From an uncultured Oscillospiraceae bacterium (GTDB lineage Bacteria > Bacillota > Clostridia > Oscillospirales > Acutalibacteraceae), in assembly GCA_902489335.1 (NCBI GenBank), contig CABTZO010000001.1, positions 1 through 61,803 on the forward strand: DNA of 61,803 nucleotides. Reading direction: 5' to 3'. Every line of letters begins with the position of its first letter. Within the stretch, counting starts at the first letter, position 1. Below the pieces are notes generated by a model that saw only the letters and a program-made list of their open reading frames with translations, ran no database searches and had not been told where the DNA came from. A program made the translations under genes and the position numbers. Below are positions 27,110 to 37,808 of the stretch, piece after piece.

Positions 27110-27148
27110 TATGCATAATAATTTAAATAATATGCATAAAAATGAATA
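27110..27148 (+). promoter_or_regulatory. Tandem ARG boxes (ArgR/AhrC operator)
   Basis: TATGCATAATAATTTAAA (27110-27127) and TATGCATAAAAATGAATA (27131-27148) are two 18-mers resembling wNTGAATwwwwATTCAnw. They are separated by 3 bp and lie just upstream of the argG promoter. Confidence 0.6.
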
Positions 27149-27164
27149 TTTATTAAAAATATAC

Positions 27165-27192
27165 TTGATTTTATAGAATAAATATGTATAAT
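27165..27192 (+). promoter_or_regulatory. Sigma-A promoter of the arg operon (TTGATT-16 nt-TGtTATAAT)
   Basis: -35 element at 27165-27170 and extended -10 element at 27185-27192. RBS AGAGGAG lies upstream of the argG ATG. Confidence 0.6.
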
Positions 27193-27223
27193 GGTCTTAA
27201 ATTTAAATTAAGAGGAGATTAGT

Positions 27224-28450
27224 ATGTCAAAAATAAATAAAATTGTACTTGCTTATTCGGGAGGACTTGATACCTCTATTATAATTCCTTGGCTTAAGGA
27301 AAATTATGAAAATTGTGAAGTTATTGCGGTTGCAATAGATGTCGGTCAGGGAAGTGAACTTGACGGTCTTGAAGAAAAAGCAAAAAAAACCGGAGCTTCT
27401 AAACTCTATATCGAAGATTTAACAAAAGAATTTGTTGAAGACTGTATTTTCCCGACAATAAAGGCAGGAGCAAAATATGAGGGCAAATACTTGCTCGGAA
27501 CATCTTTTGCGCGTCCGATTATGGCAAAAAGACTTGTTGAAATAGCTAAAGCGGAAAATGCGGATGCTATTTGTCATGGTTGCACAGGAAAAGGAAACGA
27601 TCAGGTTCGCTTTGAATTATCAATTAAGGCTCTTGCACCGAACATTAAGATAATTGCTCCTTGGAGAACTTGGGAAATCAAATCAAGGGAAGAAGAGATT
27701 TCCTATGCCGAAAGTCACAATGTTCCTTTGAAGATAAACAGGCAGACAAATTATTCAAAAGATAAAAATATCTGGCACCTTTCACATGAAGGTCTTGATC
27801 TTGAAGATCCGGCAAATGAACCTCTTTACGAGAAAGACGGATTTTTAGAAATGGGCGTTTCTCCGCTTAATGCACCCGACAAGCCCGAATACATAAGCAT
27901 TGGTTTTGAAAAAGGAAATCCGATTTCATTAAACGGAGAAAAATTAAGTGCCGTTGAACTCCTTAAAAAGCTCAATGAAATCGGAGGTAAAAATGGTATC
28001 GGTATAATCGATATCGTGGAGAATCGTCTTGTCGGCATGAAATCTCGCGGAGTTTATGAGACCCCGGGTGGAACTATTTTATATGAAGCACATGAAATGC
28101 TTGAAAGTCTAACACTGGATAAAGATACGATGCATTTTAAATCTATTTTGTCAAATAAATATGCAGAGATTGTTTATAACGGAAAATGGTATACAACGCT
28201 TAAGCAAGCTTTGGATAAATTTGTAGAAGAAACTCAGCAAACCGTAACGGGAGAAGTCAAACTTAAATTATATAAGGGAAACATCATCAACGCAGGTATT
28301 ACATCTCCGTATTCTCTTTACAGCGAAGAATTTGCAACCTTCAATGAAGATGAAGTTTACAATCAAAATGATGCAACAGGATTTATAAATCTTTATGGTC
28401 TTCCCCTTAAAGTTAAAGCTATGTTATACGGAAACGGAGAGCAAAAATGA
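27224..28450 (+). CDS. argG: Argininosuccinate synthase
   Basis: Motifs AYSGGLDTS and [13 protein letters not shown] are present. Confidence 0.95.
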   Translation: MSKINKIVLAYSGGLDTSIIIPWLKENYENCEVIAVAIDVGQGSELDGLEEKAKKTGASKLYIEDLTKEFVEDCIFPTIKAGAKYEGKYLLGTSFARPIMAKRLVEIAKAENADAICHGCTGKGNDQVRFELSIKALAPNIKIIAPWRTWEIKSREEEISYAESHNVPLKINRQTNYSKDKNIWHLSHEGLDLEDPANEPLYEKDGFLEMGVSPLNAPDKPEYISIGFEKGNPISLNGEKLSAVELLKKLNEIGGKNGIGIIDIVENRLVGMKSRGVYETPGGTILYEAHEMLESLTLDKDTMHFKSILSNKYAEIVYNGKWYTTLKQALDKFVEETQQTVTGEVKLKLYKGNIINAGITSPYSLYSEEFATFNEDEVYNQNDATGFINLYGLPLKVKAMLYGNGEQK

Positions 28451-29823
28451 AACTTTGGGAAGGTAGGTTTCATAAAAGTTTAGATGAGGTTGCAGATAAA
28501 TTTAATTCATCTATAAAATTTGACAAAAATCTTTATTTAGAAGACATCGAAGGCAGTCTTGCACACGCAAAAATGCTTTCACAGCAAGGTATTATAAGTG
28601 AAAACGACTATAAATTGATTAAGCAGGGCCTCTCAAAAATGGCTTTTGAAATAAGTTCCGGAGAACTTATCATCGACGAAAATTCAGAAGATATACACAC
28701 TTTTATTGAGGGTGAACTCACAAACCGAGTCGGAGATGCCGGCAAGCGCTTGCACACAGCTCGAAGCAGAAACGATCAAGTCGCGCTGGATCTCAGACTT
28801 TACATGAGAAAAAGATTGGATGAAATAATTAAGCTCCTTTATACACTTACGAAGACACTGTGCGTTCGCGCAATCGAAACAAAAGATTATGTAATGCCGT
28901 CTTACACTCATCTTCAACGCGCACAGATTTCGGTTTTCGGTCATCACTTACTTGCCTATGCCGAAATGTTTCTTCGTGATATTGACAGGATAAAGCAAGC
29001 CAAAAAGAGAATGAATATTTCTCCGCTCGGAAGTTGTGCTCTTGCAGGAACCACTTACAACATAGATCGTTTTATGACCGCAGAGGAACTTGGATTTGAT
29101 GCTCCTTGCAACAACTCACTTGACGGTGTTTCGGACAGAGATTATTTAATTGAAATTTTATCGGCTTTTTCTATCCTTATGATGCATCTTTCAAGATTTT
29201 GCGAAGAAATCATACTGTGGAGTTCAAAAGAATTCTCTTTCGTTGAACCCGATGACGCGTTCTCAACAGGCTCAAGTATAATGCCACAGAAGAAAAATCC
29301 TGATATTGCTGAGCTTATACGCGGAAAAACCGGCAGAGTATATGGAAGTTTAATTACTATGCTAACGGTTATGAAAGGACTTCCGCTCGCGTACAACAAA
29401 GATATGCAGGAAGACAAAGAGGCCATAATGGACGCGCTCGATACTGTAAGTATGTGCCTTATCTCATTTGAGCCGATGATAAAAACATTGAATATAAAGA
29501 AAGATAATCTAAAAAAAGCCGCTCTTACAGGATTTATCAACGCAACCGACGCAGCAGATTATCTTGTTAAAAAAGGACTGCCTTTTAGAGATGCATATAA
29601 AACTCTCGGAGAACTTGTTGCATACTGTATCGAAAAAGACAAAACTTTAGACAATCTTTCTGTTGCAGAATATAAACAGTTTTCAGATTTATTTGAAGAA
29701 GATATTTTTGATGCCGTTTCACTCGAAAAAATGATTCTTACGAGATCATGTTATGGGGCTCCTTGTCCTAAAAATGTTGAAATTCAAGCAAATAAAATTT
29801 TAAAGGATATTGAAAATGATTAA
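28447..29823 (+). CDS. argH: Argininosuccinate lyase
   Basis: MKLWEGRF N-terminus and the fumarate-lyase signature [12 protein letters not shown]. Confidence 0.95.
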   Translation: MKLWEGRFHKSLDEVADKFNSSIKFDKNLYLEDIEGSLAHAKMLSQQGIISENDYKLIKQGLSKMAFEISSGELIIDENSEDIHTFIEGELTNRVGDAGKRLHTARSRNDQVALDLRLYMRKRLDEIIKLLYTLTKTLCVRAIETKDYVMPSYTHLQRAQISVFGHHLLAYAEMFLRDIDRIKQAKKRMNISPLGSCALAGTTYNIDRFMTAEELGFDAPCNNSLDGVSDRDYLIEILSAFSILMMHLSRFCEEIILWSSKEFSFVEPDDAFSTGSSIMPQKKNPDIAELIRGKTGRVYGSLITMLTVMKGLPLAYNKDMQEDKEAIMDALDTVSMCLISFEPMIKTLNIKKDNLKKAALTGFINATDAADYLVKKGLPFRDAYKTLGELVAYCIEKDKTLDNLSVAEYKQFSDLFEEDIFDAVSLEKMILTRSCYGAPCPKNVEIQANKILKDIEND

Positions 29824-30850
29824 TGTCGGTATTGTGGGTGCTACAGGCTATGTCGCAAGCCAACTGATAGCAATACTTTTAAATCACGATAAAATAAATA
29901 TTTCTCGTCTATATTCAAATAAAAATGCTACGCAGGATATTTTTGATACTTTCCCCTCTTTCTACAAAATTTCAGATATGAAATATTCGAATGATGAAAA
30001 CTATCCCGATGAATGCGATTTGATTTTTTCCTGTCTACCCGCAGGAGAGTCGGAAAAATATGCGATAAAAGCAATTGAAAACGGTGTTAAATTCATTGAT
30101 TTGGGTTCTGACTTTCGCTTAAAAGACGAAAAAGCAAATATAAAATGGTACGGAAAAGATTTTGTTGATAAAGAGCTTCATGAAAAAGCCGTTTACGGAT
30201 TGACCGAAATTTTTGAAAAAGAGATAAAAAACGCAGATATTATCGCAAATCCGGGTTGTTACCCAACTTCTGTTATTTTGGGATTGGCTCCTCTGTTATC
30301 ACAAAAAACAGGTTTTGTCGAGCCGGTTATCATTGATTCTAAATCCGGTCTTACGGGTTCCGGAAAAAAGCTTTCCGAAAATTCACATTTTATAAATGCA
30401 AATGAAAACTTTAAGCCTTATGCAGTCGGCGGTCACAGACATTTACCCGAAATAGAGCAGGCTTTGTCAAAAATATCAGGCAAAAACATAAAAACTGTTT
30501 TTACTCCTCATCTGCTTCCCGTCAACAGAGGCATATTGTCTTCAATATATATAAATCTTACCGATAACATTGATCTCGACGAGATTCACAAAATGTACAG
30601 AAATTTTTATAAGGATAAATTTTTTGTCAGAATTTTGGAAAAAGGGGAGATTTCCAATTTAAGACAGGTGCAAAACAGCAATTTTGTGAATATATCTTTA
30701 CACAAAGACAGTCACACAAATACACTTATCGTCATTTCGGCAATAGACAACATGATAAAAGGTGCCGCAGGTCAAGCGGTTCAAAATATGAATTTGATCT
30801 TTAACTTCAAAGAAAATGAAGGATTAAATCTAATTCCAAATACATTTTAG
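29810..30850 (+). CDS. argC: N-acetyl-gamma-glutamyl-phosphate reductase
   Basis: Motifs GATGYV and active-site PGCYPTS are present. Confidence 0.93.
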   Translation: MKMINVGIVGATGYVASQLIAILLNHDKINISRLYSNKNATQDIFDTFPSFYKISDMKYSNDENYPDECDLIFSCLPAGESEKYAIKAIENGVKFIDLGSDFRLKDEKANIKWYGKDFVDKELHEKAVYGLTEIFEKEIKNADIIANPGCYPTSVILGLAPLLSQKTGFVEPVIIDSKSGLTGSGKKLSENSHFINANENFKPYAVGGHRHLPEIEQALSKISGKNIKTVFTPHLLPVNRGILSSIYINLTDNIDLDEIHKMYRNFYKDKFFVRILEKGEISNLRQVQNSNFVNISLHKDSHTNTLIVISAIDNMIKGAAGQAVQNMNLIFNFKENEGLNLIPNTF

Positions 30851-30859
30851 GAGAAATAT

Positions 30860-32074
30860 ATGAAATTTATAGAGAAAGGAGTCTGTGCTCCAAAAGGTTT
30901 TTTGGCAAACGGAATTCACTGCGGTATCAGGAAAAATAAGTCAAAAAAAGATTTGGCGATTATATTCTCGCTCAATCCGTGTAAAGCCTGTGCCGTATTT
31001 ACGAAAAATAAAGTTTGTGGTGCTCCGGTTCAGTTGTCAAAAGACAATTTAAAAAACAATGTAGCTCAAGCTGTTTTATGTAACAGCGGGATTGCCAACA
31101 CCTGTGCAGCAGACGGGCTTCAAAAAGCAGAAGATATGTGTGCGTTTGCCGCAAAAAGTTTGAATATTAAAAGCGAGGATATAATAATAGCTTCCACGGG
31201 TGTAATCGGAAAATCAATAAATATAAGTCCAATCAAAGAAAATATGAATGTCTTGATTTCAGGAATGAATACAAACGGTTCCGAAGATGCGTCCCTTGCG
31301 ATTATGACAACCGATACGGTAAACAAACAAGCAGCCGTTGAATTTGAAATTGACGGTAAAATTTGTAGAATCGGCGGTATATCTAAAGGATCCGGCATGA
31401 TTGCGCCGAATATGGCAACCATGCTTTGCTTTTTAACAACCGATGTCAATATAGAAACAAGATTGCTTGACAGTGCGCTTAAAACTGTAACACAAGAAAC
31501 TTTCAATATGCTTTCAATTGACGGAGACACATCTACAAACGATACGGTATCAATAATGGCAAACGGTGGTGCAAGCAATAAATGCATTGACGATTATGAC
31601 AAAAATTATGAAATATTTTTAGAGGCATTGAGAGAACTCTGTATCAATCTCGTATGCAAGATGGCTGCAGACGGAGAAGGTGCGACTAAACTTTTGATTG
31701 CTAAAGTTATCAACGCTCATAACACCGATGCTGCCCGAAAAGTCGCAAAAAGTGTTATTTCCTCTGATTTGGTTAAGACTGCAATGTTTGGCAAAGACGC
31801 AAACTGGGGACGAGTTCTTTGTGCTGTGGGTTACAGCGATGCAGATGTTGATGTTTCAAAGATTGATTTAAGCTTTAAATCCGAGTATGGAGAAATGAAA
31901 CTCTGCGAAAACGGATCCGGCATCTCATTTTCCGAAGATGTTGCGTCTAAAATCCTTTCATCGGATAAAATAGATATAATCTTAAATTTAAAAGACGGGG
32001 AATCTTGTGCTACCGCTTACGGATGTGACTTAACCTATGACTATATTAAGATTAACGGAGATTATAGGACATGA
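30860..32074 (+). CDS. argJ: Bifunctional ornithine acetyltransferase / N-acetylglutamate synthase
   Basis: Self-cleavage site context ATMLCFLTTD and motif DGDTSTNDT are present. Confidence 0.93.
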   Translation: MKFIEKGVCAPKGFLANGIHCGIRKNKSKKDLAIIFSLNPCKACAVFTKNKVCGAPVQLSKDNLKNNVAQAVLCNSGIANTCAADGLQKAEDMCAFAAKSLNIKSEDIIIASTGVIGKSINISPIKENMNVLISGMNTNGSEDASLAIMTTDTVNKQAAVEFEIDGKICRIGGISKGSGMIAPNMATMLCFLTTDVNIETRLLDSALKTVTQETFNMLSIDGDTSTNDTVSIMANGGASNKCIDDYDKNYEIFLEALRELCINLVCKMAADGEGATKLLIAKVINAHNTDAARKVAKSVISSDLVKTAMFGKDANWGRVLCAVGYSDADVDVSKIDLSFKSEYGEMKLCENGSGISFSEDVASKILSSDKIDIILNLKDGESCATAYGCDLTYDYIKINGDYRT

Positions 32075-32919
32075 ATGAACAAATAAAATCTGAAGTTTTG
32101 CTTTCAGCTCTCCCGTATTTTCAACAATGGCAAAACAAGACAATTGTTATAAAATACGGTGGTCACGCAATGCAAAACGAGGAACTCTGTAAAAGTGTCA
32201 TGAAAGACCTCGTCTTACTCAATCTCGTTGGCATAAGGATAGTTCTCGTTCACGGCGGCGGCCCGAAAATAAATGAATTGCTTAAATTATACGGGAAAGA
32301 AAGCAAATTTATAAACGGACTTCGATACACAGATAAAGAGACAATGGACATAGTTCAAATGACACTTGCGGGAGATATAAACAAAAATCTTGTTTCGATG
32401 ATTTGCAAGCAAGGAGGCAAAGCTATCGGTCTGTGTGGAATGGACGATAAAATACTCATTGCCGAAAAAATTAAAAACCCTGATTTGGGCTTTGTAGGAA
32501 AAGTTAAAGATGTAAATTGTGATTTTCTAAATCTTTTGCTTGATAACGGATATATTCCGGTATTATCAAGTGTTGCCGTCGATGAAAATATGAACACATA
32601 TAATGTAAATGCAGATCACGCGGCTTCAAAAGTTGCGGCGACCATGAAAGCGGAAAAGTTCATTTTAATAACCGACACGCCCGGAATTTTAGAAGATGTC
32701 AACGATCCTTCAACTCTTATTTCTAAAATAAATATAGATGATTTGCCTTTACTCAAAAAAAAGAAAATCATATCGGGAGGTATGATACCCAAAGTTGACG
32801 GTTGTGTCGAGGCTGTGAGACAGGGCGTAAATTCTGCGCATATTGTAGACGGCACCAAAGAGCATTCAATTTTGGTAGAACTCTTTTCAAAGGAGGGTAT
32901 AGGAACTATGTTCCGCTGA
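32071..32919 (+). CDS. argB: Acetylglutamate kinase
   Basis: Motifs IKYGGHAM, VHGGGP and NVNAD are present. Confidence 0.93.
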   Translation: MNEQIKSEVLLSALPYFQQWQNKTIVIKYGGHAMQNEELCKSVMKDLVLLNLVGIRIVLVHGGGPKINELLKLYGKESKFINGLRYTDKETMDIVQMTLAGDINKNLVSMICKQGGKAIGLCGMDDKILIAEKIKNPDLGFVGKVKDVNCDFLNLLLDNGYIPVLSSVAVDENMNTYNVNADHAASKVAATMKAEKFILITDTPGILEDVNDPSTLISKINIDDLPLLKKKKIISGGMIPKVDGCVEAVRQGVNSAHIVDGTKEHSILVELFSKEGIGTMFR

Positions 32920-32920
32920 T

Positions 32921-34093
32921 ATGAAATTTGAAAAAATAAAAAGTGACTCTATATCATTTTTACCAACATACTCAAGAGAGGATGTTTGTTTTATTAAGGG
33001 CAAAAATGCAACTTTGACTTCGATAACGGGTAAAAAATATATAGATTTCGCAAGCGGTATCGGGGTTATGTCTCTCGGATATAACGACCACGATTGGAAC
33101 AGTGCCGTAATAAAACAAACCAAAAATTTAGCTCATACTTCCAATCTTTTTTATAACGAACCTTCGGCAAAACTTGCAAAAACTTTAACGGATATGTCCG
33201 GACTGAGCTTTGCATTCTTCTGTAATTCAGGGGCTGAATCAAACGAATGCGCAATTAAACTTGCAAGAAAATATGCATCAAAATATCATTCTAATAAAAG
33301 ATATAAAATTTTAACGCTTGAAGATTCTTTTCACGGAAGAACCTTAGCTGCTTTAAGCGCAACGGGACAAGAAGAGTTGCACAAAGATTTTAAACCTCTC
33401 CCACAGGGCTTTGAAAGTTTCAAAGCCGGAGATTTAGACGGTTTTTGTGAAAAAATTTTAAAAGATGATGTCGCGGCTGTTATGGTTGAACTCATTCAAG
33501 GAGAAGGCGGCGTCATTCAAATAGATCCGGAATTCATCGGCGCTATAAAATATATATGCAAAGAAAATGACATTTTATTTATTGTAGACGAAGTTCAAAC
33601 GGGAATCGGGCGTTGCGGAAGTTTATTTTTATATGAAAAGTATGATATATGTCCCGACATTGTCACAATTGCAAAAGGATTAGGTGGCGGACTTCCCATA
33701 GGTGCTTGCCTTGCCGATTATAAACTTAAAGATGTTTTTTCCCCAGGAGATCACGGTTCGACCTTCGGCGGAAATCCCATAGTATGTGCCGGTGCGCTTT
33801 CTGTCCTTTCTAAAATGACCGCTGAATTTTTAGATTCGATAAACGAAAAAGGTAAATATCTTAAAAGTCAGCTTGAAACTATTGATGAGTTTTATGATAT
33901 AACCTGTCAAGGTCTTATGATTGGCATATCTCTTAAAACAATGGATTCAAAAGATTTATCAAAAAAGCTGCTGGAAAACGGTCTTGTCGTATTAACCGCA
34001 AAACACAATCGACTTAGGCTTTTGCCTCCGCTTAAAATATCTTACAGAGAAATAAATAACGGAATAAAAATAATTAAAAAGGTATTGTCATAA
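32921..34093 (+). CDS. argD: Acetylornithine aminotransferase
   Basis: Class-III aminotransferase motifs (NSGAESNE, DEVQTGIGR, KGLGGGLP). Confidence 0.92.
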   Translation: MKFEKIKSDSISFLPTYSREDVCFIKGKNATLTSITGKKYIDFASGIGVMSLGYNDHDWNSAVIKQTKNLAHTSNLFYNEPSAKLAKTLTDMSGLSFAFFCNSGAESNECAIKLARKYASKYHSNKRYKILTLEDSFHGRTLAALSATGQEELHKDFKPLPQGFESFKAGDLDGFCEKILKDDVAAVMVELIQGEGGVIQIDPEFIGAIKYICKENDILFIVDEVQTGIGRCGSLFLYEKYDICPDIVTIAKGLGGGLPIGACLADYKLKDVFSPGDHGSTFGGNPIVCAGALSVLSKMTAEFLDSINEKGKYLKSQLETIDEFYDITCQGLMIGISLKTMDSKDLSKKLLENGLVVLTAKHNRLRLLPPLKISYREINNGIKIIKKVLS

Positions 34094-34998
34094 TGAAAAA
34101 TTTACTAAAAATGTCAGACCTGACCAAAGATCAAATTTTCGAGATCTTAAGTTTGGCCGGACAATTAAAATATGAAAACAAAAATGGAATCGAACACAAA
34201 ATTTTAAACGGTAAAAATCTTGGTATGATATTCAAAAAAGCTTCAACTCGCACAAGGGTTTCCTTTGAGTGTGGAATGAATCAACTCGGTGGCCACGCTT
34301 TATTTTTATCGAATGATTCATTGCAGACAAAAAGAGGAGAATTGATTGAAGATACCGCCAGGACCCTTTCAAGATATCTGGACGGAATAATGATCAGAAC
34401 CTTTGATCAAAGTGAAGTCGAAAAGCTGTCAGAATATTCGGATATCCCAATAATAAACGGATTGACTGATTTTGCGCATCCGTGTCAAGTCCTTGCCGAT
34501 TTGATGACAATTCGAGAATACAAGACCGCGTTTGACGGGCTTAAAATCTGTTATATAGGTGAAGGCAATAATATGGCAAACTCATTGATTGTCGGATCCT
34601 TGAAAGTCGGTATGAGTATAAGTATCGCCTGTCCCAAAGGATACAAACCAGATCATAAAATTTTAGACTTCGCCAAAGATTATGGAGACAAATTTTTTAT
34701 GACCGAAAATACGACAGAAGCTGTGCAAAACGCAGATGTAGTTTACACCGATGTTTGGTCATCTATGGGTGATGAAAAGAATATAGAAACAAAAAGGAAA
34801 ATTTTTGCCGGTACTTATCAGATAAACGACAATCTGATGCAAAATACTAATAACGCAATAATTTTACACTGCCTTCCCGCTCATAAAGGCGAAGAAATAA
34901 CTACAGAAGTTTTTGAAAAACACGCCGATGAGATCTTCGATCAAGCGGAAAATCGTCTTCATGCACAAAAAGCGGTAATGACTATGCTTATGAAATAA
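34093..34998 (+). CDS. argF: Ornithine carbamoyltransferase
   Basis: Motifs STRTRVSFE, HPCQ and HCLPA are present. Confidence 0.93.
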   Translation: MKNLLKMSDLTKDQIFEILSLAGQLKYENKNGIEHKILNGKNLGMIFKKASTRTRVSFECGMNQLGGHALFLSNDSLQTKRGELIEDTARTLSRYLDGIMIRTFDQSEVEKLSEYSDIPIINGLTDFAHPCQVLADLMTIREYKTAFDGLKICYIGEGNNMANSLIVGSLKVGMSISIACPKGYKPDHKILDFAKDYGDKFFMTENTTEAVQNADVVYTDVWSSMGDEKNIETKRKIFAGTYQINDNLMQNTNNAIILHCLPAHKGEEITTEVFEKHADEIFDQAENRLHAQKAVMTMLMK

Positions 34999-35059
34999 TT
35001 GACTTTGCAAAACCTTTTATTTAGAATGACCTTATAAATTAAGGTTGGTAAATATTGAT

Positions 35060-36511
35060 ATGTTGGACTATTCATCAGATTTTTATGATTATGAGAATTT
35101 AAGCACTTGGCAATATTTGAAAAAGCCGCTGTTCAAACCATATGCAATTCGAAAAGCGATGGTATATGCAACTAAAGCGGCCTTTCCGTTTATGTTGTTT
35201 GCCGCACTGTTTGCTTTCGTCGTTCTTTTGCTCGGAAATGTTTTCCCGACCATGGAAAAAGGTCTTTACTATGTCTCATACATAACAATAACTTATTATG
35301 CTCTTTTCTACTCCACCGTTTTTGCATATAAACTTGCAGGTTTTTATCCTGCAATATCAGTTGCAACACTGAGTATTTATTTTTCTTTTTTCTGCACTCA
35401 AATTGCAGGTTTTAAAGTTATTGAAGGCTCAAATGTTCTCGGATATTTGGGCTATTTTTTTATGTCTCTGATTCTATGTTGTTTAATTGTATTTTTTAGG
35501 CGTATTTGTGTGTTGGTTATAGAACTCTTTTTTTCCGTTGTATTTTTCTTAATAAATAAAATATTTAAAAATATGGAGAAATTAAAATCGGAAATTCTAA
35601 AAAACTTAAGACCTCAAACAAAAAATTTAGTATTTGTCGGAGATAGTTTAATTGTTACCGGAATCGCGTCATATCTGGTCTTTTATGTAATTTCATACCT
35701 TTACGCTTTGCCTTTAAATTTAATTGCTTTAAAATTGGGAAGTATTTTGTTGCACTTGAAAAGCACAATTGCTCAAGGTGCTTTAATAGGCTTTGCTTTC
35801 GGTATTGATTTAGGCGGCCCCATTACATTAAGCATCTTTGAACCTATATTCAACAATTTATTGTTAAAAAATCCTAATGCGGTAACTTTAATGACAATTT
35901 TCACTTCTGTTGTAATAACCCCGTCTTGGATTTGCCTTTTCTACTTTTTAACTTATAAGATTTTTAAGAATCATCCGATTACCTTTGTTGATGAGAACCT
36001 TCTGAATACCGGATTCATAAATGAAATGTTTCAAAATATTCGTTTAACCGTACTTGCCCCCGTAAGTTATTTATTGCGTGAACCGGAAACCACATTTTTT
36101 GCCTTTGTTATCGGATCTACAATTACCGGAACGATGGGAGGCTTATTTAGATTGACAAACAACTCACTTTTGACAACTTATATTGAAAATTATGGATTAC
36201 TCAGAAAAAACAACGTTGTATATACAAAAAATTATGATGCCTTTGCGGGACTTATGCCGCCTATTTATGCAAAATCAGATGTACACACTTTGATTTTTGC
36301 TTTGCTTTCAACACTTATCGGTGCATTAATCGGATATTTTATTTTTATTTTACTAAAGAACTTAAAATATAAACGCATAGAAAAGAAAGGGCAGGACCTT
36401 TTCCTTGCCTACGGACATCCGTTTACAAAATCCGAGTGGGAAAAATCTTTTAAAGAAAAAACATATATTGAAAAGAAGTTGGAAAACTATTTTGATAAGA
36501 AAGGAAATTAA
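35060..36511 (+). CDS. Polytopic membrane protein, distantly PTS-EIIC(Fru/Mtl)-like; start uncertain (TTG 35045 or ATG 35060)
   Basis: At least 10 hydrophobic segments. FGIDLGGPI resembles the EIIC FDMGGPVNK motif, and GFINEMF...REPETTFFAFVIGSTITGTMGG resembles G.SEGAIPF...DP.RV....GSAV.G. Confidence 0.4.
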   Translation: MLDYSSDFYDYENLSTWQYLKKPLFKPYAIRKAMVYATKAAFPFMLFAALFAFVVLLLGNVFPTMEKGLYYVSYITITYYALFYSTVFAYKLAGFYPAISVATLSIYFSFFCTQIAGFKVIEGSNVLGYLGYFFMSLILCCLIVFFRRICVLVIELFFSVVFFLINKIFKNMEKLKSEILKNLRPQTKNLVFVGDSLIVTGIASYLVFYVISYLYALPLNLIALKLGSILLHLKSTIAQGALIGFAFGIDLGGPITLSIFEPIFNNLLLKNPNAVTLMTIFTSVVITPSWICLFYFLTYKIFKNHPITFVDENLLNTGFINEMFQNIRLTVLAPVSYLLREPETTFFAFVIGSTITGTMGGLFRLTNNSLLTTYIENYGLLRKNNVVYTKNYDAFAGLMPPIYAKSDVHTLIFALLSTLIGALIGYFIFILLKNLKYKRIEKKGQDLFLAYGHPFTKSEWEKSFKEKTYIEKKLENYFDKKGN

Positions 36512-36516
36512 GAAAA

Positions 36517-37407
36517 ATGATCTCTCTTTTTCCCATTTTCAAACTTTTTTGGAAGATAACAGAAAAAAGCGATAACGCAAATTTAAAAAAACAAATTGAT
36601 CCTGATAATATTTTACGCACCTACGATATTAATTATGCAAACGATGACAATACTTATCATAATTTAGATTTTTATCGTCCCGATAAAATCACCGAAAAGC
36701 TGCCCTGCATCATTGATATTCACGGCGGAGGGTGGATGTACGGGACCAAGAGATTAAATCAAAATTATTGCCTTCATCTTGCAAACAACGGTTTTACTGT
36801 TTTTAACATTAATTACAGACTTTGTCCCGAAGTTACAATGAAAGAGCAATTACAAGACATTTTGATTGCGCTAAAGTTCATCGAAGACAACAAAGAAAAA
36901 TTTAAAATTTCCGGCAATTTTATTTTGGCGGGCGACTCAGCCGGAGGTCAACTTGCTGTTTTTGCATATTCAATATGTAAAAGCGATAAACTTAAAAAGG
37001 CCTTTGAGTGTATAAAAAATAATTTGCATATTAAAGGCTTGCTCTTAACTTCTCCCGCACCTTTTATGAATGAAAACGGACCTGTCGGAATTTACACAAA
37101 GCCTATGCTCGGGAGAAACTATAAAACAGATAAAGCTTATTATTTTATGGATTTTAATAACTTTGTAGATGAAATTTCTTTTCCTCCGACTGCACTAATA
37201 ACGAGTAGCGGTGACATGCTTGCAAGAAATCAGACAAAAAGGTTACATAAATTACTTATAAATCAAAACACAGAAGTTTATTTGCAAGATTTCGGAGGAT
37301 TTTCAGGTCTTTTCTTGCCACATGTTTTCAGTGTTTTAAATCCGTCCGGCAAAGTTGCAAAAACAGCAATTAAAAACGCCTGCGATTTTTTGAAAAGCAA
37401 AATTTAA
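36517..37407 (+). CDS. Alpha/beta hydrolase, esterase/lipase (HSL-like family)
   Basis: HGGGW oxyanion motif and GDSAGG nucleophile elbow. Confidence 0.8.
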   Translation: MISLFPIFKLFWKITEKSDNANLKKQIDPDNILRTYDINYANDDNTYHNLDFYRPDKITEKLPCIIDIHGGGWMYGTKRLNQNYCLHLANNGFTVFNINYRLCPEVTMKEQLQDILIALKFIEDNKEKFKISGNFILAGDSAGGQLAVFAYSICKSDKLKKAFECIKNNLHIKGLLLTSPAPFMNENGPVGIYTKPMLGRNYKTDKAYYFMDFNNFVDEISFPPTALITSSGDMLARNQTKRLHKLLINQNTEVYLQDFGGFSGLFLPHVFSVLNPSGKVAKTAIKNACDFLKSKI

Positions 37408-37423
37408 ATATAAAATATAAAAA

Positions 37424-37455
37424 AGCCTGAAGATTAGTCTTCAGGCTAATATTTT
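37424..37455 (+). terminator. Intrinsic terminator (agcctgaaga-ttag-tcttcaggct plus T-run)
   Basis: A 10-bp stem followed by aatattttt. It sits between the esterase gene and the 3' end of ssrA. Confidence 0.75.
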
Positions 37456-37808
37456 TGGTGGAGATGGCGGCAATCGAAACCGCGTCCGAAAACTCATCCA
37501 CAAGACTTTCTACGAGCGTAGTCAATTTAAAAAATTCATTTTAAAATAAAAACTGACAAAATCTTTTAAAATATATTCTCGATAATTCATGATATGGGCC
37601 GAGAAAACTCATATTCACGTTCCCCGCTAAAATGACACCGTACTTTGAAACCGCGGGTTATCTCAAAGACGATGGCAACTTAAGTTAAGCTGCTTGTAAT
37701 TGTAAATTTTTGTCGTTTCTTATTGAAACTTGTGACATTTTAAGGTGATTATCACAGCACCGCTCGCTTTTTCCTGCTTTTAAGTCCCGTCGAAATCCTT
37801 TCATCCCC
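37456..37808 (-). ncRNA. ssrA: tmRNA (SsrA)
   Basis: Minus strand reads 5' GGGGATGAAAGGATTTCGACGGG ... GGACGCGGTTTCGATTGCCGCCATCTCCACCA 3'. The internal tag ORF ends ...GAC AAA AAT TTA CAA TTA CAA GCA GCT TAA (...DKNLQLQAA*). Confidence 0.9.

Noticed and set aside
31120-31587. 155-aa minus-strand ORF inside argJ. Similar antisense ORFs occur at 2241-2663, 39586-40080, 41960-42448 and 47005-47442.
   Set aside because: They lie antisense to well-supported genes. Their composition is typical of the reverse frame of AT-rich coding DNA, and they lack translation signals.
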